Shown here in pieces: positions 31,227 to 40,413 of a stretch of 64,000 nt of DNA; the first letter of the stretch is position 1, and the number at the start of each line of letters is the position of its first letter. The DNA is from Thermoanaerobaculia bacterium (GTDB lineage Bacteria > Acidobacteriota > Thermoanaerobaculia > UBA5066): contig CAVRAY010000001.1 in assembly GCA_963719225.1 (NCBI GenBank), forward strand, positions 2,976,001 through 3,040,000, in the 5' to 3' direction. A program made the translations under genes and the position numbers. The notes beneath the pieces are model-generated. The model was not told where the DNA came from, made no database searches, and was given only the letters and a program-made list of their open reading frames with translations.

Positions 31227-32278
31227 CCGAAATCCGCTCCTTCCTCGCCTCGCTCCTGCCGCCGGGACTGTCGTTTCGCGATCCTCTGCTGCTCTTTCTT
31301 CTCCTCCTCGTCCCGCTCGCGATCGCCTTCAAGATTCTTCGCGAGAAGCGCGGGGACGGAGCGCTCGTCGTGCCGACGCTCGCGAACGTCGCCGGCGTGC
31401 GTCGGACGTGGCGCGTGCGCTTCCGCCTGCTGCCTTTCGCTCTGGCGCTGATCGGCTACTCCGGCCTCGTCGTCGCGCTCGCCCGGCCGCGCCTCGGCCT
31501 CGAACGGACGGAGTCGTGGACCGAGGGGGTCGACATCTTCATCGCGCTCGACGCGTCCGGCTCGATGGCCGCCGAGGACTTCGCGCCGAAGAACCGCTTC
31601 TTCGTCGCGAAGGCCTGCGCGCGCCAGTTCATCGAGGGGCGCTCGAGCGATCGCGTCGGCCTCCTCGTGTTCGCCGGCCGATCGCGCACGATCAGCCCGC
31701 TGACGACCGACCGCGGCATGGTCCTAGACCGACTCCAGGCTCTCAGGCTCGGGGATCAGGGCGACGGCACCGCGATCGGCCTTGCGCTCGGCAACGCCCT
31801 CGCGCGCCTGCGGCCCTCGAAGGCAAAATCGCGCGTCCTCGTCCTCGTGACCGACGGCGGGAACAACGCGGGGGAAATCGACCCGGATACCGCCGCGCTC
31901 GTCGCGAAGGCTCTCGGCGTGCGCGTGTACACGATCGGCGTCGGAACGAACGGCGGGCCGGTCGAGATCCCCATTCCCATCCGGGACCCCGAGACCGGGC
32001 GCGTCACGGAACGGCGCGTGCGCGCGAACGTGGACGTGGACGAGGCGCTGCTCCAGCGGATCGCGACCGCGACGGGGGGCCGCTTTTTCCGCGCGACGGA
32101 CGCGCAAGGCCTCGCCGACACGTTCTCGACGATCGACAAGCTCGAAAAGAGCGAGATCAAGACGACGAAATACACGCGTTTTCGCGAGGTCTTTCCGATC
32201 GCCGCCAAGCCCGCGGCCGCGTGTCTCGCGCTTGCCGGATTCGCCACCCTCTTCCTCTTCCCGGTGACGCCGCGATGA
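31223..32278 (+). CDS. batA: VWA domain protein BatA-like
   Basis: ALARPR, DASGSM MIDAS, DRVGLLVFAG, GTAIGLAL, VTDG.NNAG. Confidence 0.9.
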   Translation: MTEIRSFLASLLPPGLSFRDPLLLFLLLLVPLAIAFKILREKRGDGALVVPTLANVAGVRRTWRVRFRLLPFALALIGYSGLVVALARPRLGLERTESWTEGVDIFIALDASGSMAAEDFAPKNRFFVAKACARQFIEGRSSDRVGLLVFAGRSRTISPLTTDRGMVLDRLQALRLGDQGDGTAIGLALGNALARLRPSKAKSRVLVLVTDGGNNAGEIDPDTAALVAKALGVRVYTIGVGTNGGPVEIPIPIRDPETGRVTERRVRANVDVDEALLQRIATATGGRFFRATDAQGLADTFSTIDKLEKSEIKTTKYTRFREVFPIAAKPAAACLALAGFATLFLFPVTPR

Positions 32279-34245
32279 GCGACGTGGCGAAGGTCTTCGG
32301 CGAGCCTGCGATGCTCCTTCCCGGGCTCCTCCTCGCGGCCCTGGCGGCCGGCGCGCTCGTCTTCTCCGTCCGGCGGCGCGCCGCACGGACCGCGACGCTC
32401 GTCTCGCCCGCGCTCGCGGCGAAGGCGGGTCTCGCTCCCGCAGGCGGCTTTCCCGCCGTCGCCGCCGTGCTCACGCTCCTCGTCGTCCTCGGCGTCGGTG
32501 CCGCGCTCGCGCGGCCGCGCTGGGGGAAGTCGGCCGAGACCGCGCAGAGGCGGGGAGCCGACGTCGTCTTCGTCCTCGACACGTCCGCCTCCATGCGCGC
32601 GGCGGACGTCTCGCCGTCGCGCTTCGTACTCGCGCGGCAGGCCGCGCAGTCTCTCCTGTCCCGCCTCGGCAGCGACCGCGCCGCGTTGATCGCGTGCGAA
32701 GGAGAGGCGCAGGCGCTCGTGCCGCTGACTCTCGATGCGGCGGCCGTCGGTCTCTTCCTCGACGCGATGGAGCCCGGCATGGGCGCCAAGCCCGGCACCT
32801 CGCTTGCCTCGGGCCTCGCCGCGGCCGCTGAAATGTTCCCCGCCGGGTCGGCGGGCGGCCGGAACGCCGTCGTCTTCTCGGACGGCGAGGATCTCGAAGG
32901 CGGCGTCGACGCCGCGATCGCACGCGCGAAAGCCGAAGGCATCACCGTACACGCCGTTTTCGTCGGGGCGCTCGGCGGAACGGGCGCTCCGGTGCCCGAG
33001 GTGGACGCTGCCGGGCGCACGAGCGGCTTCAAGAGCGACGCGAGCGGGCAGCCTGTGCTCTCGAAGGCCGATCCCGACCTCCTTCGCCGCCTCGCGGCCG
33101 AAACCGGAGGCTCGTTCACGGTCGTCTCGTCCGGCCGCACGGACCTCGAAGGTGTCGCCCGACAGATCGATCTCGGCGCGCGCCGCCCGCTCTCCGAGGT
33201 ACTCGTCACGTCTCTCGTAGAGCGCTTCCAGATTCCGCTCGGCGCCGCGGTCGGGGCGCTCGGACTTCTCTTGCTCGGAGTCGGACGGGGGCGAAGCGCT
33301 TCGAGACGAGCAGGGGCATCGGGTTTTCTTCGGAATCTGCTTAGAAGGGGGAAGAGGGGGGCCGCGGAGCTCGGGGTGGCGGCTCTGCTGTTCCTCGCAA
33401 TCGTCCTGGGCGCGCGCGCCGAGGGGCAGCAGCAGGCCCCGGCCGCACCCGCAGCGCAAACGAGCGCTCCGTCGGCGTCCTCGAACGGCGCCGCCGGGCC
33501 CGCTCCTTCCACGGCCTCTTCGAACCCCGCGACTGGCCCGACGCTTCGAGATGCCCAGCCGCTTCCCGACACTCCCTCTCAATTTCCCTTTCTAAGCAAA
33601 ATCTTCTCTTCCCCCCGTTCCGAAGCAAAAAAGGGCCGACAGGCGCTGGACGAGAAGAAGCCCGACGAAGCGATCGTGCATTTCCAGCGCGAGACCGAGA
33701 TGGCGCCGAAGGACCTGACCGGCAGCTACAACCTCGGCACGGCGCAATCGCGCGCGGGCAAGCCCTCCGCGGCGCTCTCGTCGCTCGAGAAGGCGCGGCG
33801 CCAAGGGCGCGGTGCCGTCGCGGCGGACGCGTCTTTCAACACGGGCCAGACTCTGTACCGCGAAAAGCAGTACGAGCCCGCCGCGGCGGCCTTTCGCGAG
33901 GCTTTGAAGCGCCGTCCGGGCGACGCGGACGCGGCCTGGAACTACGAGCTGTGCGTGCGCCGCGCCCAGGAGGAAAAGCAGAAGCAGAAAGAGCAGCAGA
34001 AGGACAAGAAGGATCCCAGGGACGACAAGGAAAAAGCCGGCGGAAAGGACGCGAAGGACAAGCAGCAGGCGGGAAGCGAGGCGCAGAAAAAGCAGCAGCA
34101 GGAGCAGGAGTTCGAGCAGAAGGCGAAGATGACGCGGGACAAGGCCGAGCAGCTTCTGTCCGCCATCGAGCGTTCCGATCTCGACGAGCAGAAGAAGAAG
34201 ATCGCCGAGCAGCGCAGCAAGCGGCGCGTCGCGAGGGACTGGTGA
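32275..34245 (+). CDS. batB: VWA + TPR fusion protein (BatB/BatC-like)
   Basis: ALARPRWG, DTSASM, FSDGED; C-terminal TPRs (YNLG, FNTG, AAWNYE), Q/K-rich coil and terminal RDW. Start ATG 32275. Confidence 0.85.
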   Translation: MSDVAKVFGEPAMLLPGLLLAALAAGALVFSVRRRAARTATLVSPALAAKAGLAPAGGFPAVAAVLTLLVVLGVGAALARPRWGKSAETAQRRGADVVFVLDTSASMRAADVSPSRFVLARQAAQSLLSRLGSDRAALIACEGEAQALVPLTLDAAAVGLFLDAMEPGMGAKPGTSLASGLAAAAEMFPAGSAGGRNAVVFSDGEDLEGGVDAAIARAKAEGITVHAVFVGALGGTGAPVPEVDAAGRTSGFKSDASGQPVLSKADPDLLRRLAAETGGSFTVVSSGRTDLEGVARQIDLGARRPLSEVLVTSLVERFQIPLGAAVGALGLLLLGVGRGRSASRRAGASGFLRNLLRRGKRGAAELGVAALLFLAIVLGARAEGQQQAPAAPAAQTSAPSASSNGAAGPAPSTASSNPATGPTLRDAQPLPDTPSQFPFLSKIFSSPRSEAKKGRQALDEKKPDEAIVHFQRETEMAPKDLTGSYNLGTAQSRAGKPSAALSSLEKARRQGRGAVAADASFNTGQTLYREKQYEPAAAAFREALKRRPGDADAAWNYELCVRRAQEEKQKQKEQQKDKKDPRDDKEKAGGKDAKDKQQAGSEAQKKQQQEQEFEQKAKMTRDKAEQLLSAIERSDLDEQKKKIAEQRSKRRVARDW

Positions 34246-36050
34246 AGAGAGCTGCCCGTCTCGCCGTGGTCGTTGCCGCGGCCGCGCTCGGCGCGCGCGT
34301 CGCCCGCTCCGCGGACGAGCTTTCCGTGCAGGTTCTCGTGGACAAGGCGCGGCCCGCCGCGGACGACGTCGTGCGGGTGACGTACACGTTCTCGGGATCG
34401 GGTCTCGGCGGCACGCTTCGGCTCCCCGCGAGCCTGCCTCTGAAGAACCTCGTGCTCGCGGGAGGTCCGTCGAAGTCGGATCAGGTTTCTTTCGTGAACG
34501 GCGTCTTCAGCCGCTCGCTTTCGCTGACCTACTTTCTGCGGCCCCAGGGTCCGGGTCCGGCCGAGATCGGCGAAGTTTCGTTCGGATTCGACGAGAAGAC
34601 CGTGAAAGCCTCGAGCTACCTGCTCGAGGTCGGGCCGGCGCGCGGCCGGAGCGGCGCCGCGCCGGAGCCCGAAGACGACGACCCGATTGCGCAGTTCTTC
34701 CGGCGGCGCGACGTTTCCGCGCGTCCCGCCGCCGCGGGCGCCCCCCACGCGCGGCCGTTCCTGGAGTTTCGCGTCACGCCGGACAAGACGACGGCGTACG
34801 TGGGCGAGGAGATCACGCTGCACTACGAGCTGCTCACCCAGGCGGACGTGCAGGGGCTCGAGTACCTCGAGCCGCCGCGCTTCCCCGGCTGCTGGGCCGA
34901 GGACCTCGAGAAGCCGGAGAAGCCCGTGGGTCACCGCGACGTCGTCGACGGCCGCACGGTGATGCGCTTCACGCTGCTCAAAAAGCTCGTGTCGGGCCTG
35001 AACCCCGGCACGGTGAACATCCCCGAGGCGAAGATCCGCACGAGCGTCCGCGGCTCCGCGGATCCCTTCGGCGACCCCTTCGGGTTCTTCCCGCGTTCGC
35101 AGGTCATGGACCTCGTCGCCCGGCCGGTCAGCCTCCGGATCCTTCCGATCCCGGGAGACCCCGCGTTCCATGGACCGGTCGGCCGCTTCGACCTGAGCGC
35201 GAAGCTGGATCGGACGAAGGTCGCTCCCGGCGAAGCCGCCACGCTGCGCATCCGGCTCGCGGGGACCGGCAACCTGCGCACCGCGACCGAGTCGCCCAAG
35301 CTCGAAGTCCCGAACGCCACGCTGTATCCGCCGAGCATGAAGTCCGACTCCTCGCGCGCCGGCCGTACGCAGGTCTCGACGGAATGGAGCTATGTCCTCG
35401 TGCCGAAGGAAAACGGCACCGTCACGATCCCGCCGGTTTCGCTCGCCGTCTTCGACCCCTCCGAGAAGCGCATCGTCACGAAGACGACACAGCCGCTCAC
35501 GCTCGTCGCCGAGGGCGGCGCCGCCCCGGGCGCGGCCGCCGGGCTCACCACCGCCGAAACGACGATGCCTCTCCTGCCGCCTCCCGGACCGTCTCCCGCT
35601 CCGCGAAACGCGAAGTCCGGTCTCGACGCGAGCGTCGACTTCTCCCGGAACACCGTCACGCTCCCGCTCTGGGCCCTGGCCGCGGTGCCGGGGGCGGCTC
35701 TCCTCGGGTTCGGCGCGGTCGTCGCCGTAAGACGGCGCCGGTCCCTCGGCGTCTGGCGCGAGGTCCTCGAGCCGGAGCCGGGAGAGACGAAAGAGCGCGC
35801 GGCCGCGCGCGTCGAGCGTGCGCTCCGCGAGCTTCTCGCGCGCCGGTACCTCGTGCCCGACGGCGCGTCCACGTCCAGCGTCCTCACCGCTCTCGCCCAG
35901 GGCGGCGTTTCCGCCAGGCGGATCGAGGACGTCCGGACGCTGCTCTCCGACGTGGAGTTCCTCCGCACGGCCCCCCAGCTCGGCGACTACGGCACGAAGA
36001 TCGCCACCCTGCGCGCGCACGCCGCCCGCATCCTGCCCCGCCTCGCCTGA
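34242..36050 (+). CDS. batD: BatD family protein
   Basis: Signal peptide, SFVNG, DKTTAYVGE, GPVGRF..GTGNL, C-terminal TM; GTGA coupling. Confidence 0.85.
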   Translation: MKRAARLAVVVAAAALGARVARSADELSVQVLVDKARPAADDVVRVTYTFSGSGLGGTLRLPASLPLKNLVLAGGPSKSDQVSFVNGVFSRSLSLTYFLRPQGPGPAEIGEVSFGFDEKTVKASSYLLEVGPARGRSGAAPEPEDDDPIAQFFRRRDVSARPAAAGAPHARPFLEFRVTPDKTTAYVGEEITLHYELLTQADVQGLEYLEPPRFPGCWAEDLEKPEKPVGHRDVVDGRTVMRFTLLKKLVSGLNPGTVNIPEAKIRTSVRGSADPFGDPFGFFPRSQVMDLVARPVSLRILPIPGDPAFHGPVGRFDLSAKLDRTKVAPGEAATLRIRLAGTGNLRTATESPKLEVPNATLYPPSMKSDSSRAGRTQVSTEWSYVLVPKENGTVTIPPVSLAVFDPSEKRIVTKTTQPLTLVAEGGAAPGAAAGLTTAETTMPLLPPPGPSPAPRNAKSGLDASVDFSRNTVTLPLWALAAVPGAALLGFGAVVAVRRRRSLGVWREVLEPEPGETKERAAARVERALRELLARRYLVPDGASTSSVLTALAQGGVSARRIEDVRTLLSDVEFLRTAPQLGDYGTKIATLRAHAARILPRLA

Positions 36051-36099
36051 GGCGCGCTCCGGGGGTTTCCAACGCCGAAGCGTAAAATGGCGTCTCACC

Positions 36100-37257
36100 G
36101 TGAACACAAGAGTCGCCCGGGTCATCCCGGCCAAGCAGCTCATTCGCTACATGGAGCGGCACCGCCTGCTCGATGAGACGAGCGGGACGCCACCCGATCG
36201 TTTCCTCATCACGCTCGTGAACCGCGCGATGGAGTTCGTGCCCGCGCAGGCGGGGGCCCTCCTCCTCGACGATCCCGTGTCGAAAGAGGACGACCGCTCG
36301 CGAAACGAGCTCGCGATCATCGTGACGGCGGGCGACGTGAAGGAGAGCGCCGTCGGCCGCAAGGTGCGTCCCGTGGACGGCATCGCCGGCTTCGTGTACG
36401 CCCGAGGCGAGCGCACGTGCGTGAACGAGGTGGGAGGTGCTCACGCGTTCTCGCGCGAGATCGACGCGCTTCTCCAGATCCCCATCACGAACGTCCTCGC
36501 CGTGCCCGTCGTGATCGAGAACCACGTGTGCGGCTCGCTCATCCTCATCAACCGCCAGGGCGAACCTGCTTTCACGCCCCGCGACGAGCGCCTCATGGAG
36601 CTGTTCGGCGACACGCTTTCCCTCGCGCTCCAGAACCTCCTCGACGAGCGGCGCGCGCGCGAGGTCGCCCGGCGCGACTCGCTGACGTCCCTCTACAACG
36701 ACCGGTACTTCCACCGGAAGCTCCAGCGGGAGATCGACCGGCTCGGGGAGTCGAAGGACGGGGAGCTCGCGCTTCTCTTCCTCGACTGCGACCACCTCAA
36801 GAAAGTGAACGACGAGCACGGCCACCTCGCCGGAAGCCAGGTGCTCCGCGAGGTGTCCTTCATCCTCCAGAGGACGCTCGCCGACACGGTCTCCCTCGCG
36901 TGCCGCTACGGCGGCGACGAGTTCACGGTGATCCTGCTCGACGCGGACCTCAACGCCGCCGTCGCGATCGCCGAGAAAATCCGAAAGGCGATCGACGACT
37001 GGACGTTCCTTCCGATGTCCATCGGCCCCGGGGAGCCGGCCTTGAACCTCAAGAACGTCGTCACGATGTCCGTGGGCGTGGCCACGTATCGCGCCCACGT
37101 GGACACGTCGCTCCCCGTCGCCGAGCAGAAGAACGAGATCCTCAAGAAGGCGGATTCCGCCCTCTACGCCGCAAAGACCAAGGGAAAGAACTGCGTCGTG
37201 GCCGCCGAGGTCGCTTCCGCGCGGGGAGGCGGTTCGACGGTCATCCTGAAGAGCTGA
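36100..37257 (+). CDS. GAF-GGDEF diguanylate cyclase
   Basis: GAF domain (GIAGFV, VLAVP, LINR..FT..DE), DSLTSLYN, D.DHLK.VND..GH..G, RYGGDEF. Start GTG 36100. Confidence 0.92.
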   Translation: MNTRVARVIPAKQLIRYMERHRLLDETSGTPPDRFLITLVNRAMEFVPAQAGALLLDDPVSKEDDRSRNELAIIVTAGDVKESAVGRKVRPVDGIAGFVYARGERTCVNEVGGAHAFSREIDALLQIPITNVLAVPVVIENHVCGSLILINRQGEPAFTPRDERLMELFGDTLSLALQNLLDERRAREVARRDSLTSLYNDRYFHRKLQREIDRLGESKDGELALLFLDCDHLKKVNDEHGHLAGSQVLREVSFILQRTLADTVSLACRYGGDEFTVILLDADLNAAVAIAEKIRKAIDDWTFLPMSIGPGEPALNLKNVVTMSVGVATYRAHVDTSLPVAEQKNEILKKADSALYAAKTKGKNCVVAAEVASARGGGSTVILKS

Positions 37258-37325
37258 CGCTTTCTCAAAGGTCCGTTCCTTTCAATGCTTTACGCCGCAT
37301 CTGCGGAAGAGTTATCATGCCTTCC

Positions 37326-38684
37326 ATGACCGTGCCTTCCTCGTCCTTGAGGCCCTCCGTGCCGGCGAAAAACGTCCTGGATTCGCTCTCGAAGCACATC
37401 CTCGTCGACGGCTATCACGTGGTCATGGACCTCAAGGCCTCGCGAGGCAACTTCCTCCGCGACTCCCTCCACGACGTCGAGATCCTGGACTTCTTCTCGC
37501 ATTTCGCGACCTGCCCGATCGGCTACGCACACCCCAAGCTGACGACGCCGGAATTCCTCGAGGAGCTCGCCTGGACCGCCGTCACGAAGCCGGCGAACAG
37601 CGACATCTACACTGAGCAGCTGGCGTCCTTCGTCGAGACGTTCGCGCGGCTCGGCGTCCCCGAGACTCACGGGAAGCACATGTTCTTCGTCGAGGGCGGA
37701 TCCCTCGCGATCGAGAACGCCCTGAAGGCCGCTTTCGACTGGAAGGTCCGCCGGAACTTCCGCAAGGGGCATCGGCGTGAGGTGGGAACGAAAATCCTGC
37801 ACCTCGAGCAGGCTTTCCACGGGCGCAGCGGCTACACGCTCTCCCTCACGAACACGAGCGATCCGCGGAAGACGATGTACTTCCCGAAATTCGACTGGCC
37901 GCGCGTCGTGAACCCGAAGCTCACGTTCCCCGTCACTCCCGAGAGCCTCACGTCGACGATCGCCCTCGAGGACCTTTCGATCGCCCAGACCGAACGGGCG
38001 ATTCACGAGAGCGGCGACGACATCGCCGCGTTCATCCTCGAGCCGATCCAGGGGGAAGGCGGAGACAACCATTTTCGTCCCGAGTTCCTCGCCCGCGTGC
38101 GTTCGGTCTGCGACGAGCACGACATGCTCCTCATCCTCGACGAGGTGCAGACCGGCATGGGTCTGACGGGAACGATGTGGGCGTTCCAGGGACTCGGCGT
38201 CATGCCGGATCTCTTCTCGTTCGGCAAGAAGACCCAGGTCTGCGGCTTCGCGTCGAACGATCGGATTCTCGAGGAGAAGGACAACGTCTTCACGGTGTCC
38301 TCGCGCATCAACTCCACGTGGGGCGGGAACCTCGTCGACATGGTGCGCTGCCGGAAGTTCCTCGAGATCATGACCGAGGAGAGGCTCGTCGAGAACGCGA
38401 GAACGACGGGCGAGTTCCTGCTCGGCAAGCTGTGCGAGCTTGCGTCGGAATTCCCGGGCAAGATGACGAACGTGAGAGGGCGCGGCCTCTTCATCGCCTT
38501 CGACCTTCCGGACCCGAATGCGCGGGCCGGAGTCCTCTCCTGCTGGCTCCAGAAGCACAACGTGATGGCGCTGGCCTCGGGCGAGCGCGCGATCCGGCTG
38601 CGTCCGCCTCTCACCCTCACGCGCGACGAAGCGGCGCTCGGCGTCCAGCGGCTCCGGGCGGCGCTGACCGAGATTCTCGGCTGA
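37326..38684 (+). CDS. lat: L-lysine 6-transaminase (class III aminotransferase)
   Basis: ENALKAAFDWK, AFHGRSGYTLSLTNT, FPKFDWPR, EPIQGEGGDNHF, FGKKTQVCG, SRINSTWGG. Start ATG 37326 (or 37317). Confidence 0.9.
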   Translation: MTVPSSSLRPSVPAKNVLDSLSKHILVDGYHVVMDLKASRGNFLRDSLHDVEILDFFSHFATCPIGYAHPKLTTPEFLEELAWTAVTKPANSDIYTEQLASFVETFARLGVPETHGKHMFFVEGGSLAIENALKAAFDWKVRRNFRKGHRREVGTKILHLEQAFHGRSGYTLSLTNTSDPRKTMYFPKFDWPRVVNPKLTFPVTPESLTSTIALEDLSIAQTERAIHESGDDIAAFILEPIQGEGGDNHFRPEFLARVRSVCDEHDMLLILDEVQTGMGLTGTMWAFQGLGVMPDLFSFGKKTQVCGFASNDRILEEKDNVFTVSSRINSTWGGNLVDMVRCRKFLEIMTEERLVENARTTGEFLLGKLCELASEFPGKMTNVRGRGLFIAFDLPDPNARAGVLSCWLQKHNVMALASGERAIRLRPPLTLTRDEAALGVQRLRAALTEILG

Positions 38685-38738
38685 AGACCCGCCCGATGCC
38701 GGTCGCGCCTGTGCAGCGGCAAGGGCGCTTTTCTTAGA

Positions 38739-39551
38739 ATGAAAGATGGGCTCACGGCGCAACGAGACGCCGAAGCATCGCCTGCGGACTCCGGCGCCCA
38801 TTCCGCGACGTCGCGCTTCTTTCGGCGCATCGGCCGCCCTAATCACCTTCTAAGAAATCTCTCTCTTCTTCTCTTTCTCTTTGCTTTCCTCGTCTTCATC
38901 CCTCTTCCGCAAATCCTCCTCCTCCGCTGGCGTGACCCGTCGACGACCGCGTTCATCCGCGCGCGGCAGGAGCGCCTCCGCGCGCAGGGGAAGAGAGACG
39001 CGATCGACCGGCGCCCCGTGCGTCTCGGGCAGGTCGCGCCCGTCCTCGTGCAGGCCGTTCTCGCGGCGGAAGATTCACGTTTCTTCGACCATCACGGCAT
39101 CGATTGGGAGGCCGTCTCTTCGGCGCGCGAGTGGAACCGGACGCACGCCCGGAGCCGAAGACCGCGCCTTCGCGGCGCGTCGACGCTCACGCAGCAGCTC
39201 GCGAAGAACTTGTGGCTCACGGGCGAACGGAGCTGGTGGCGGAAAGGCCGGGAAGCGGTCCTCGCATCCGCCCTCGACCTCCTCGTGCCGAAGAGGCGGA
39301 TTCTCGAGATCTACCTGTCGGCGATCGAGTTCGGCGAGACGACCTATGGCTGCGAAGCCGCGTCACGCGCGCTCTTCGGCGTGAGCGCGAGCCGCCTGTC
39401 GGCCCCGCAGGCGGCTCGTCTCGCCGCCCTGATTCCGGGTCCGGTGTGGTATCGCGCGCACCCGGCGGCATGGGAGCGACGCGCCGAGCTGGTCGCGCGA
39501 CACATGGAGAGCCAGCCGCTGCCCGCCGGTCTGACGAGACGCGCGCGCTAG
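38739..39551 (+). CDS. mtgA: Monofunctional peptidoglycan transglycosylase
   Basis: AEDSRFFDHHGID, RGASTLTQQLAKNL, RK..E, KRRILEIYL; start uncertain. Confidence 0.9.
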   Translation: MKDGLTAQRDAEASPADSGAHSATSRFFRRIGRPNHLLRNLSLLLFLFAFLVFIPLPQILLLRWRDPSTTAFIRARQERLRAQGKRDAIDRRPVRLGQVAPVLVQAVLAAEDSRFFDHHGIDWEAVSSAREWNRTHARSRRPRLRGASTLTQQLAKNLWLTGERSWWRKGREAVLASALDLLVPKRRILEIYLSAIEFGETTYGCEAASRALFGVSASRLSAPQAARLAALIPGPVWYRAHPAAWERRAELVARHMESQPLPAGLTRRAR

Positions 39552-39563
39552 AATCCGGCCGCG

Positions 39564-40406
39564 ATGACAAAAAGCTCCACGCGCCTGGCCGGGAAAGCCC
39601 TCGCTCTCTCTTTGATCGTCCTGACCGCTGCGGCGTGCCGCCCCAAGCCCTCCAGACTCGTCATGACGCCCACCAAGGTGACCCTCTACGGACCCGGTCA
39701 CACCCAGTCGCTCAAGTACGAGATCACCGACAAGAAGGGCAATCCGCTGCCGGGTCTGATCGCGGTCTGGGCCGTCGACAAGCCCAAAGTCGCGTCGATC
39801 GACACGAACGGACTCGTCCGGTCTCTCGCGCCGGGGCGCGCGATCGTGACCGCGACGTTTCAAACGCTCACCGCGACCGCCGTCGTGGAGGTCATGGACG
39901 TCTCGACGCTCACCGTCACCCCGAACCGCATGACTCTCGTGGGGCCGGCAGGCACGAAGATGCAGCTTCTCGCCGAGATCAAGGACGGGAAGGGAAACGT
40001 CTCGCCTCTGAAGCCGAAATGGGTCTCGGGAGACCCGAAGATCGCGACCGTCGACGGAGAAGGCGTCGTGACGTCGGCGTCGGAGGGCCGCACGAACATC
40101 ATCGCGAGCCTCGGCAACGATGTGAGCTCCGCGTGCGACGTGAAGGTCCTCCATCGGGCGATCGCCACGTTCGAGTTGTCTCCGGTCACGTTGATCCTGA
40201 AAACGGGTGAGACGCAGAGGATCACGGCGACGATCCGGGACTCCACGGGCCTCCTCATCGAGGACGCCGCGCTGGCCTGGACGTCTTCCGACACGAGGAC
40301 CGCGACGGTCTCGAACGGCGCTGTCACGGGCGTGGGACGTGGAACGGCTCGCATTTCCGTCGCGACGTCCGCCCAGACGCTGGCGGCGGATGTCCTGGTG
40401 AACTGA
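39564..40406 (+). CDS. Lipoprotein with three bacterial Ig-like (Big_2) domains
   Basis: Lipobox-like LTAAAC; three repeats of V/M/L.P...W.S.D...ATV..G.V.....G...I. Confidence 0.85.
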   Translation: MTKSSTRLAGKALALSLIVLTAAACRPKPSRLVMTPTKVTLYGPGHTQSLKYEITDKKGNPLPGLIAVWAVDKPKVASIDTNGLVRSLAPGRAIVTATFQTLTATAVVEVMDVSTLTVTPNRMTLVGPAGTKMQLLAEIKDGKGNVSPLKPKWVSGDPKIATVDGEGVVTSASEGRTNIIASLGNDVSSACDVKVLHRAIATFELSPVTLILKTGETQRITATIRDSTGLLIEDAALAWTSSDTRTATVSNGAVTGVGRGTARISVATSAQTLAADVLVN

Positions 40407-40413
40407 GGCCGCC

